From the NCBI GenBank assembly GCA_003482905.1, contig DMXM01000036.1, positions 117,201-181,200 of the forward strand: 64,000 nucleotides of DNA. Direction: 5' to 3'. Positions 8,751 to 16,917 of the stretch are shown piece after piece. Every line of letters starts with the position of its first letter. Within the stretch, counting starts at the first letter, position 1. Position numbers and translations under genes: made by a program. Source of the DNA: Elusimicrobiota bacterium. GTDB taxonomy: Bacteria > Elusimicrobiota > Elusimicrobia > Elusimicrobiales > UBA9959. Below the pieces are notes generated by a model, which did no database searches, was not told the DNA's origin, and saw only the letters and a list, made by a program, of their open reading frames with translations.

Positions 8751-10571
8751 ATGGACAGAAAAGACGGAAAGAAGAAAGAGTCTATAGACGAAATACTTTC
8801 AGACCTCAACGGTCTCCTCAATAAGATGCCGTCCATACTTGACGGGATAAGAATGCCTGAGATAAAGCCGGTGGAGTTCTCCAAACCCGCGCCGGAGCCG
8901 GAACCGATAAAGAAAAACATGCCCCCGGCGCAGGATGCGGATAAAACCATAATTTTAGAGTCTCTTTCCGGCCTGCCCGAAGGCGCCTCCATGCCCGGGG
9001 AAAAGCACGTCCAGCCGGCGCAGGACGCCGGAGATAAGACCGTTATCCTGGAGGCTTTCTCCTCGCTGCCCGAGGGCGCCGCGGCCCCTGAGGCTGAGAA
9101 GCTTGTCCCGCAAAGCCTCGGAGATTTTATGTTCGGAGAAGGCGCGGCCGAGCCGGCGCCGGAGCCCGCGGTAAATCCCTCCGCCTCCCAAAAAACCGAG
9201 CCCCCCGTCTCCCAATCCGAGCTGCAGCCGGAACAGCCGGAGACGGTACTTCCGCCCTCCGCCACGGACCTGCCCGCGGCCGCGGCGGCGCCGGAAAAAG
9301 CGCCCGAGGAACCGGCCAAGCCGGCGGCCGCTCCGGCGAACGTGCACGCGTTCGAAAGCACCAGGGATTTCGGCATTCCCGACATAGACGCGCTTATGCA
9401 GTTGTCCGAAGGCGACATTCAGGCGCTTGTGGAGCCTGAGCCGCAGCCGGAGCCCGAGCCCGCGCCGGCGCCTCGGCCGGATACGGCGGAACCGTCCGTG
9501 GACGAACTTGCGGAATTTGAAAAGCAAATGAAAGCGGCAGTGCCGCAGGGGGGAACGATCGTGGACATGCCCGAAGAGAAAAAGCCGGAAGCGCAGCCGG
9601 CTCCCGAAGCCGCCCAGGTCCCCGCCGCGGAACCAGAAGCGCCCGAGGCGATTTCGCCTAAAGCGGAGATGGGTTTTGAGGCTTTTACGATAGAACCAGA
9701 GACGCGCCCGGCCACCGAAGCCGCCCAGGCGGGAGAGCCTGAGGGCCTGATAATAGAGCCGTCCGCAAAAGCGGAAGGCGGGGACGGCCTTACCCTTGAC
9801 CTGGAGACACGGCCGGCTACGGAGGCCGCCGGGACGCTGCAGCTGGAGCAGCCGGGAGCTATTGGCGCGGCGCCCCAGGAGCCCGCCCCGGCCGCCGGCG
9901 GCATCGAACTTTCCATAGGCGGCCAGCCTGAAAGCGCGGGGACGCCGGGCACACAGGATTCTTCATCCAAAGCTGAGGAGACACTGCAGGGCATGGCCTT
10001 CGAGCCGGCCAGCGCGGCAATATCCGGAGGGCAGGATAGTTCTTCCACGCCGTTCTCGGGGGATGAAACGCTGGTCGTGCCTCCCCCTTCGGGCGGCTCC
10101 GGCGACGAGGAAAGAACGGTTATTTTCGAGGCCGGCGCGGTCCCGGGGATCGTTTCGGGGGCCCAGGCCGGGGACCTGGTCGTCCTGGCGGAAAAACCCG
10201 CCCCCGAGGGAATCCCGGCCGAACGCCTGCGTTCGCTGGCCTTTCTTTATTCGGCGGAGGACAAAGCCCTTTGCGCCACCGTGCTCGCCGAGCTGGACGC
10301 CATCTGCCTGAAGTCCGCCACCAAACCTATGTTCATAAAACGCGCTTCCGTGCGGGAATGCGCGGCCGATGTGAACGCCAACTATGTCCTGCAGGCCGTC
10401 ACCGACGCCGGCGCGCAGGGCTTGGTCTGCGTGGGGGCCATCCCGCAGGAGAAGATCTACGAGATAGAGAACGCGTTCAGCTCCTCGGGAGGGTTTTTTC
10501 GGCACTATGACTCCGCCTCCTTCAGCCATTCCACGGCGCTGGACCTCGTTTCTGACCTGATACTCCGCTAA
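8751..10571 (+). CDS. Acidic Pro/Glu/Ala-rich low-complexity protein with internal repeats and a folded C-terminal domain
   Basis: 606 aa. Short helical N-terminus (ESIDEILSDLNGLLNKMPSIL), then about 450 aa of PEPA-type low complexity with repeats (PAQDA.DKT[IV]ILE..S.LPEGA twice; ETRPATEAA twice), then a roughly 113-aa alpha/beta-looking C-terminal domain. Confidence 0.7.
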   Translation: MDRKDGKKKESIDEILSDLNGLLNKMPSILDGIRMPEIKPVEFSKPAPEPEPIKKNMPPAQDADKTIILESLSGLPEGASMPGEKHVQPAQDAGDKTVILEAFSSLPEGAAAPEAEKLVPQSLGDFMFGEGAAEPAPEPAVNPSASQKTEPPVSQSELQPEQPETVLPPSATDLPAAAAAPEKAPEEPAKPAAAPANVHAFESTRDFGIPDIDALMQLSEGDIQALVEPEPQPEPEPAPAPRPDTAEPSVDELAEFEKQMKAAVPQGGTIVDMPEEKKPEAQPAPEAAQVPAAEPEAPEAISPKAEMGFEAFTIEPETRPATEAAQAGEPEGLIIEPSAKAEGGDGLTLDLETRPATEAAGTLQLEQPGAIGAAPQEPAPAAGGIELSIGGQPESAGTPGTQDSSSKAEETLQGMAFEPASAAISGGQDSSSTPFSGDETLVVPPPSGGSGDEERTVIFEAGAVPGIVSGAQAGDLVVLAEKPAPEGIPAERLRSLAFLYSAEDKALCATVLAELDAICLKSATKPMFIKRASVRECAADVNANYVLQAVTDAGAQGLVCVGAIPQEKIYEIENAFSSSGGFFRHYDSASFSHSTALDLVSDLILR

Positions 10572-10580
10572 CGGAAAAAT

Positions 10581-12254
10581 ATGATTAAAAAGTGGGAAGT
10601 GGTTCCGGCGCCCAGCGAAAAAAATCAAGGCCGGCATAAACTCCTGATAAAGGGGGATACGAAGGACATTCTGCAGATAGTCAAAAAGCTGGGCGGCCTC
10701 TGTTCCCGCCCTGAAAAGACTACGGGTGAATTTAATTTTGTCATCTATCTGTCCAGACTTGAGAAGGACACGCTGAAGAAGCTTAAGTCCGTGGCCGGTG
10801 AACAAAGCTCTCCGGCCGCGGACGCGGGTTCTTTCGGCGAGGAGCCCCCGCTTTTCGATATCCCCAGGCCCAGGCTCAAGCTGGAGCCCGCTCCGGCGCC
10901 GCAGTCCGCGCCGGCCCCGGTGATCCCGCAAACGGCTTCGCAGGGGGCTAACGTCCCGTCCATTTCCGCGCGCAGAAAGAAGTCGGCGGCCCCGGAGACC
11001 GCCGCCGAGCGGCCCGCCGCCCTGGCTCCGGCGCATCAGGCTTCCATCTCGGCCAGGGCAAAGACCAAGTGGTCCATGGAGCTGCCGCTTATCCCGACCT
11101 ACAGTTTCCAGACGCTGATCTCGGGCTCGCACAACCGCTTCGCGCACGCGGCCGCCATGGCCGTGGTGGAGAACCCGGGGGTGATCTATAACCCGCTGCT
11201 GCTCTTCGGCGCGCCGGGCACCGGCAAGACTCATTTTATCAACGCCATCTCCTATGGGCTTTCCGCCTCCATAGGACAGAACAATATTTTCGTTACCGAC
11301 GGGATAAAGCTTTCCAGGGGTATTGAAATAGTCTGTAAAGAGGGGGGGATGGCCCGGCTCGAGGAGATCTTCGCCAAGGTGAAGGTGCTTATAATCGACG
11401 ACGTGCATCTCCTGGCGGTCTCCGAAACCAACAAGAAATACATCTCGAAGTGGCTTAACGACTTTGTGGCGCAGAACAAGCAGATAGTGGTAACTTCGGT
11501 TTTTCCTCCTAAATCCCTGGCGGGGCTGGAGGAAGCGGCCGGCTTCCAGTTCTCGCAGGGCTGGATGGTGGACCTTAAGATGCCCGGCGCCCAGGCTTAC
11601 AAGTCCATAATGACGCAGATCCTGCAGGGCCTGGACGTGAAGCTTTCGGAAGATGAGATCACCTCTATTTTCGCCAGCGGTACGATGTCGTTCGGGGACG
11701 CCGAACGTACGCTGGGGGACATGAAGAAGCTGGAGAAGTTCCTCGTCAGCTCCCGCAACAGTCTCTCGCACCTGCAACTGCTGGACACGCTCATCGGCTT
11801 CGGCGAGACGCCGGTGCCGGGAGCCCTCAGCGACCAGGACGTACAGCAGGCCTCCGCCTGGACGCCGTCGCAGAAGGACACCTGGTTCAAATGGGGCATT
11901 TTCTACCCCAGGGGGATGAAGCGCGAGGCTGACTTCGCCCTTTATTCCCTGCATGAGCGCGCCAGGGAGCTGGGCCTGAATACCGAATGGAGCCAGGTCT
12001 TCGCCGAGGAGTACAACTCCGACGAACTTTACGGCGTGCCGTTCAGGGTGGGGAATTACGCCAGCGAGAGGAACGTGAACGGGGTCATAGTGCTGGGACC
12101 GCAGCCGACTTCCTCCCTGGGCGCGCAGGAGGCGGAGTTCCGCCATATTGTTTTCAAGATACTGGACAGTTTTCTGATAAAGGGCGCGTGGCTCCCGCAG
12201 GGGAAATTTAAGTCGAAAGCCGCCTACGCTAAAATCCTTATGGACCTGGTGTAA
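10581..12254 (+). CDS. DnaA-domain-III (AAA+) paralogue lacking the DnaA DNA-binding domain
   Basis: Residues about 168-405 align colinearly with DnaA domain III: PTYSFQTLISGSHNRFAHAAAMAVVENPGVIYNPLLLFGAPGTGKTHFINAI (Walker A), VLIIDDVHLL (Walker B) and QIVVTSVFPP (sensor I). I recognise no domain IV HTH. The N-terminal (about 165 aa) and C-terminal (about 122 aa) regions are unrelated to DnaA. Confidence 0.8.
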   Translation: MIKKWEVVPAPSEKNQGRHKLLIKGDTKDILQIVKKLGGLCSRPEKTTGEFNFVIYLSRLEKDTLKKLKSVAGEQSSPAADAGSFGEEPPLFDIPRPRLKLEPAPAPQSAPAPVIPQTASQGANVPSISARRKKSAAPETAAERPAALAPAHQASISARAKTKWSMELPLIPTYSFQTLISGSHNRFAHAAAMAVVENPGVIYNPLLLFGAPGTGKTHFINAISYGLSASIGQNNIFVTDGIKLSRGIEIVCKEGGMARLEEIFAKVKVLIIDDVHLLAVSETNKKYISKWLNDFVAQNKQIVVTSVFPPKSLAGLEEAAGFQFSQGWMVDLKMPGAQAYKSIMTQILQGLDVKLSEDEITSIFASGTMSFGDAERTLGDMKKLEKFLVSSRNSLSHLQLLDTLIGFGETPVPGALSDQDVQQASAWTPSQKDTWFKWGIFYPRGMKREADFALYSLHERARELGLNTEWSQVFAEEYNSDELYGVPFRVGNYASERNVNGVIVLGPQPTSSLGAQEAEFRHIVFKILDSFLIKGAWLPQGKFKSKAAYAKILMDLV

Positions 12255-12257
12255 TGA

Positions 12258-14186
12258 ATGGTTAACGAACTTATAGGGGCCGGCGTTCTGGGCGCGACCG
12301 GGGCTTTCGGGGCCTTTTGGTACCTGAAATTCCGGGAAGTCCTGCCGATTGAGGCCCGCCTGCTGGCCGCGCAGAAAGGCTTCTCCGACTTTACGTCCTT
12401 CACCAGGGAAACGATGGAGCGCGCTTACGCCCCGGAGCAGCCGGAACATTACGGGGACATCACCAACTACTACCTGATAAAACTGCACAAGGTATTCCCG
12501 GACAGTTCCATGCTGCTTTTTGAGAAAGGCCCCGGCCAGTGGAAGCTGGTGAACTATCTTAAACATTTCAAAGTGGAGCCCAAGCTCCTGACCGCTTACA
12601 AGTGGAGCGCTTTCGACCGCAGTTCCTCGGAAGGGGACCTGCTGCGTTTCGACGACGTAAGGGCAGGCGACTACCAGGGCGTGGAGGAGCTGTTCTCCGT
12701 TTTCGACATCAAGTCCGCGCTGATGTGCCCTTTCAGGCCGGCCGGCGGCGCCGCCGAGCGGCTGATAGTTTTCGGCGCCAATCAGCCCTCTTCCTTTGAC
12801 GCGGCACAGCCCTATCTGCGTTTCGTGGCCTCCCAGCTTTCCTCCATTTCCAAGGTCTCGGACAAGGTCTTCGCGCTTAAAAAAGAGACCGACAGCCTCA
12901 AGAGCGAGGTCAGCGCGGTGGTAAAAGAACTGGATGTGGCAGGTTCGCGCCTGATACAGCGCGCCCGCGAGCGGAAGGCGCTTTACGAGGTGGTAACGCA
13001 GGTTACCGGCCCCGGGGGCGACACCCAGAACGGCTGCTCGGCCATCCTCAATATAGTGGCCAAAATGGTGGAGGCCGACGTGGTGGCCTGCCTGCTTTTC
13101 GACGAGGCGAAAGGCGAACTGGTGGTGAGCCCCGGATCCTACGGCATCCCGGACGCCGAGCGCATGCTTTACAGCATCCCGGTCAGCAACCACGCCTCGG
13201 CTTCCGTGCGAACTTTTCTCAGCCGCAAACCGTTCATTACGGCGGACGCGCAGAACGATCCCGACGTGCTGACCCGCTACGCCAAGCTCTGGGAGATCCA
13301 TTCGCTGATGATCGTGCCCATCTCCCTGCACGACCGCATTATCGGCGTCATGCGCGTGGGCAGCCGCCGCCAGGATTTCTTCACACCGGACCAGCTGGAA
13401 TTCCTCACCATCATAGCCGACGAACTGGCCATCATCATAGAGATGGTGACGCTCTACGAGAACCTCTCCAAGACCGCGCAGGAACTGGCGCAGCTCAACA
13501 AGCTCAAAGACGAGTTCCTTTCCACCGTCAGCCACGAGCTGAAAACCCCGCTCACCACCATAAAGGGTTTCGTGTCGGTGATCCTCAGCGGCGAGGTGGG
13601 GCCTCTTAACGAACAGCAGCTGAATTTCCTCACCGTGACGGACCAGTCCGTGAACCGCCTTACTCATTTGATCTCCAACCTCCTCGACCTCTCCCGCCTC
13701 AACGGCAAGGTGGAGATGGAATTCCAGCGGGTCGACCTGGTGGAGCTCGTGCGCATGTCCGTTTCCACTATGCTGCTTAAGGCCAGGGAGAAGAACATTT
13801 TACTGTCGAGCACCATGGTCAAAGGCCTCCCCAGCGTGCAGGCCGATACCCGCTGGATAGGGCAGGTCGTAGACAATCTGCTTATAAATGCCATCAAATA
13901 CTCCGGTGACGGCGCGAAAGTGTGCGTTAGCGGCACGGATAAAGGGGAGGCCGTAGTCATCTGCGTGGAGGACAACGGGCCGGGCATACCGGCCGAAGAG
14001 CAAAAGATGGTCTTTGATAAATTTTACCGGGGCAAGGCCAGCGCCAACCAGGTGCCGGGCACCGGCCTGGGCCTGGCCATTTCCAAATCGGTCGTGGAGA
14101 AACACGGCGGGAAGATCTGGGTGGAATCGAAGCCGGGGAAAGGTTCCAGGTTCTGTTTCGCCCTGCCGATAGCCAAGACTAAATAG
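12258..14186 (+). CDS. Sensor histidine kinase with N-terminal TM helix and tandem GAF-like domains
   Basis: 642 aa. HisKA H-box [19 protein letters not shown] and HATPase_c motifs ([27 protein letters not shown]). The upstream region is GAF-like ([22 protein letters not shown]). Confidence 0.9.
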   Translation: MVNELIGAGVLGATGAFGAFWYLKFREVLPIEARLLAAQKGFSDFTSFTRETMERAYAPEQPEHYGDITNYYLIKLHKVFPDSSMLLFEKGPGQWKLVNYLKHFKVEPKLLTAYKWSAFDRSSSEGDLLRFDDVRAGDYQGVEELFSVFDIKSALMCPFRPAGGAAERLIVFGANQPSSFDAAQPYLRFVASQLSSISKVSDKVFALKKETDSLKSEVSAVVKELDVAGSRLIQRARERKALYEVVTQVTGPGGDTQNGCSAILNIVAKMVEADVVACLLFDEAKGELVVSPGSYGIPDAERMLYSIPVSNHASASVRTFLSRKPFITADAQNDPDVLTRYAKLWEIHSLMIVPISLHDRIIGVMRVGSRRQDFFTPDQLEFLTIIADELAIIIEMVTLYENLSKTAQELAQLNKLKDEFLSTVSHELKTPLTTIKGFVSVILSGEVGPLNEQQLNFLTVTDQSVNRLTHLISNLLDLSRLNGKVEMEFQRVDLVELVRMSVSTMLLKAREKNILLSSTMVKGLPSVQADTRWIGQVVDNLLINAIKYSGDGAKVCVSGTDKGEAVVICVEDNGPGIPAEEQKMVFDKFYRGKASANQVPGTGLGLAISKSVVEKHGGKIWVESKPGKGSRFCFALPIAKTK

Positions 14187-14210
14187 GGCCGTCCGCGGCC
14201 GGGGGAGCTT

Positions 14211-15308
14211 ATGAAACTAAAACTCACTTTTTTGGCCGCCGCGCTGCTGCTGGGCGCCTGCGCCCATGCCCCGGCCCCTGGTTCGGTCAAGGCCGCTCCT
14301 GAGCCTCTTGAGGCCGACGGCGCCTGCGCCTTGAACTCCCGTGACCTGGCGGCTTCGCGCGCTTGCGCCGTGCGGGACGCGGAGCGGGGCGCGGTGAGCC
14401 GCGTCGCCGGCCTCTACCTGGACGAGGCCGTCCGGGCCGAAAGGTCCGCGGTCCTTGAAAGCAATCTGCTCAATAATCCGCATCTTTACGTGGCCAGGTA
14501 TAAAACCCTCTCCGACGGCCCCGACGGCGGATACTACCGGGTGCGCATTAAGGCCTGGATCTACCACGGACGGATCGCCTCCGAGCTGCGCGCCCTTAAC
14601 CTGGCCGGGCCGTCGGCCGCCGCCCCGCGCGCCGCGTTCGTGCAGCGCGGCGAGGCCGCCCCGGTCTTTGCCGCCGCTTTCCGTGAAGCTTTTATAAAGC
14701 GGTCGGCCGTGAGTATCGAAGAGTTTCCTTTCGCTTCCGCCCCGGCTTTAGCGGCGGGGGACCAGACCGCTTTGCTGGACGCCGCGGCCGCCTCCGGGGC
14801 TGACCTGCTGATCGCCGTTTCCGCCTCGGTTTCCGCTGTCGGCGCCGGGGTCAGCACCGGTTTTTACCCTTCCAGGGCCGACGCTTCCGTAAAAGTCTAC
14901 GACGCGCCCTCGGGCAAGATAATCCTGGACTTGGCCAGCCAGGCCAACGGCATAGATTCCACCGAGGCCGGTTCGTTCTCGAAGGCGCTGGCCGCGGCCG
15001 GGGAACTCCTGGCGCAGGAAACGGCTGCCCGCGCCGGGCGCCTCCTTAAGCCGGATGCCGCGTTGAAACTGAAAGTTTACGGCCTGGAAGGCCTTGAGAT
15101 ACTTGAAAAACTGAAAGCCCAGTTGTTGAAGCTTGAGGTGAACGACCTGCGGCTGGAGAGTTACTCCGCGGGAACGGCCGTGTTCCAGGCGGCGCCGGAA
15201 CGCCCGGACCCGCAGGAGTTCGCCAGCGCCGTGCTGCGCGTGGACTCGCTGGGGCTGGAGCTGGAGGGGGCGGGGGGCCAGGAAGTGGCTTTTTCCCTCC
15301 CCCGGTAA
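14211..15308 (+). CDS. Lipoprotein with an LPP20/FlgT-N-like domain
   Basis: Signal peptide plus lipobox (LLLGAC). The N-terminal region (ACALNSRDLAASRACAVRDAERGAVSRVAGLYL...YYRVRIKAWIY) resembles LPP20/FlgT_N-type lipoproteins. First gene of a three-lipoprotein cluster. Confidence 0.55.
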   Translation: MKLKLTFLAAALLLGACAHAPAPGSVKAAPEPLEADGACALNSRDLAASRACAVRDAERGAVSRVAGLYLDEAVRAERSAVLESNLLNNPHLYVARYKTLSDGPDGGYYRVRIKAWIYHGRIASELRALNLAGPSAAAPRAAFVQRGEAAPVFAAAFREAFIKRSAVSIEEFPFASAPALAAGDQTALLDAAAASGADLLIAVSASVSAVGAGVSTGFYPSRADASVKVYDAPSGKIILDLASQANGIDSTEAGSFSKALAAAGELLAQETAARAGRLLKPDAALKLKVYGLEGLEILEKLKAQLLKLEVNDLRLESYSAGTAVFQAAPERPDPQEFASAVLRVDSLGLELEGAGGQEVAFSLPR

Positions 15309-15310
15309 GC

Positions 15311-15922
15311 ATGCGCCCGCCACTTTACGCGCACGCTTTTTTGCTGGCGGCGGCCTGTGCCTGCTCCGGAAAAACCGCGTACCTGGTTTCCCCGGCGCTG
15401 CGCACTGCGGCCGACACGCGCGTGGCGGTGTTGCCTTTTGACAACCAGAGCACCGATATCGGGGCCCCGGACGTGATGCGTAAACTCGCCGAGGACGGCT
15501 TAGGCAAGCGGGGCTACGCGCCGCTGCCCGCCAAGGAGGTAGATGCCAGGCTTTCCTCCCTGGGAGTTTCCGAGGGAGGTCAGTTGCCGGGTGTTAAACC
15601 GGGGGCGCTGGGCGGCGCGCTGGGAGTGGACCTGCTGGTCTACGGGGACGTGGAGGATTTTACTTTTCAGAATCTCGGGTTCCTGATACGCAAATCTGTT
15701 GCGCTGCGCGTAAAGATCGTCTCGGCCTCCACGGGGGAAACCCTTTACGAGGGCTCGGGCTCCGGCAGGGACGTAAAGGTGTTCTTCGACAAGGACCAGG
15801 CAAAGGCCGCTTTTGTGGAGCAGATGGCGGTGAAACTGGTGCAGAATATATTAAAGACGCCGCTTAAGAAGGAAGCCGAGACGGCGGCCAGGAAGGCGCT
15901 GGACAGCCTTCCCCGACGGTGA
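15311..15922 (+). CDS. DUF799/GNA1162-like lipoprotein
   Basis: 203 aa, Cys-containing signal sequence (LLAAACACSG), and the pattern VAVLPFDNQS...DLLVYGDVEDF...VALRVKIVSASTGETLY typical of DUF799 / LpoB-like lipoproteins. Separated from the upstream gene by 2 nt. Confidence 0.6.
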   Translation: MRPPLYAHAFLLAAACACSGKTAYLVSPALRTAADTRVAVLPFDNQSTDIGAPDVMRKLAEDGLGKRGYAPLPAKEVDARLSSLGVSEGGQLPGVKPGALGGALGVDLLVYGDVEDFTFQNLGFLIRKSVALRVKIVSASTGETLYEGSGSGRDVKVFFDKDQAKAAFVEQMAVKLVQNILKTPLKKEAETAARKALDSLPRR

Positions 15923-15957
15923 GCCTTTAGGAACAGGATAGAATAACGGAGGATAGA

Positions 15958-16893
15958 ATGAAAAAGATAAAACTTTTAGCCGCGGCCGCGCTGTTCGCCG
16001 GGGCCTGCGCGCCTTCCAAAACCGTAAAGACCCAGCAGGCCGTCAGCGTGGACAAGACCGAAAAGGTCGAGTCTAAGTACACCGGACCGAAGCGCCGCAT
16101 AGGCGTGGTGGAGTTCGAGAACAAATCCGCATACGGCCAGGGCCGCCTGGGCGGCGCAGCTTCCGATATACTGGTGACCGAACTTGTTAAATCCGGCAAG
16201 TTCATCGTGGTAGAGCGCGACCGCCTCGCCAAGATAATGGAAGAGCAGAAATTCCAGTCCCAGGGAATGGCCGACCCGGCTACCGTGGCCAGGATCGGCC
16301 AGGTAATGGGCCTGGAGGCTATAGTGGTGGGTTCCGTCTCCCAGTTCGGCGTCAAAAAGGAGGGGTCCGACTACCTGCTGACCCAGTCCAAGCGCCAGGT
16401 GGCCGACGTCACCGTGGACATAAGGCTGGTGGACGTGCAGAGCGGCCAGGTGATACTGGCGGATTCCGGCAAGGGTATGGCAAAGTCGACCAAGGCTTCT
16501 TTCCTGGGTATGGGCACCAAGGGCGGCTATGACGAAACGCTCGAGGGCGAGGCCCTGCGCGCTTCGCTGGTGCAGTTCGTCACCAATATCGCCAGCCAGT
16601 TGAACAAGAAACCCTGGTCGTGCATGATAGCCGCCGCCGCGCGGGAACAGCTTTATCTGAACGCCGGGCAGGACTCCGGTGTGACCGAAGGCATGAAACT
16701 GGACTGCTACCGCCAGGGGGACGCTATACGCGACCCGCGCTCCAACCTGGTGATAGGCCACGTGGAGGACTACCTGGGCCGCGCCGAAGTGACCGGCCCC
16801 TGCGGTGATTCCGGCGACTGCGCCAAGGCGCAGTTCACAAAGTCCGCCGGCGGCTCGGCCAAGGCCGGGGATATCTGCCGCCTGGCGAAATAG
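15958..16893 (+). CDS. CsgG-family lipoprotein (curli-transport-channel-like) with a C-terminal beta-rich extension
   Basis: Lipobox LFAGAC. CsgG-type core RIGVVEFENKSAYGQGRLGGAASDILVTELVKSGKFIVVERDRLAKIMEEQKFQ...AIVVGSVSQFG. The extra roughly 90-aa C-terminal domain reads LYLNAGQDSGVTEGMKL...GDICRL. Confidence 0.8.
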   Translation: MKKIKLLAAAALFAGACAPSKTVKTQQAVSVDKTEKVESKYTGPKRRIGVVEFENKSAYGQGRLGGAASDILVTELVKSGKFIVVERDRLAKIMEEQKFQSQGMADPATVARIGQVMGLEAIVVGSVSQFGVKKEGSDYLLTQSKRQVADVTVDIRLVDVQSGQVILADSGKGMAKSTKASFLGMGTKGGYDETLEGEALRASLVQFVTNIASQLNKKPWSCMIAAAAREQLYLNAGQDSGVTEGMKLDCYRQGDAIRDPRSNLVIGHVEDYLGRAEVTGPCGDSGDCAKAQFTKSAGGSAKAGDICRLAK

Positions 16894-16917
16894 TTCCGCC
16901 GGGCTTTTCTGGTTTTT

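Noticed and set aside
8922-9900. Nucleotide repeats inside the 8751 gene, considered as a CRISPR-like or other non-coding array
   Set aside because: The repeats are in frame and imperfect, have no uniform spacer/repeat periodicity, and translate into recurring peptide motifs. They are coding repeats of a low-complexity protein. I saw no CRISPR array anywhere in the window.
9963-13667. A 1234-aa ORF on the minus strand spanning three plus-strand genes
   Set aside because: It lies antisense to three well-supported plus-strand genes (acidic protein, DnaA-like ATPase, histidine kinase), which all share one reading frame (8751, 10581 and 12258 are congruent mod 3). In GC3-rich genes the sense codons TTA, CTA and TCA are rare, so the codon-aligned antisense frame stays open. 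The translation is Arg/Gly/His/Leu-rich low-information sequence with no recognisable motifs. It is a shadow ORF.
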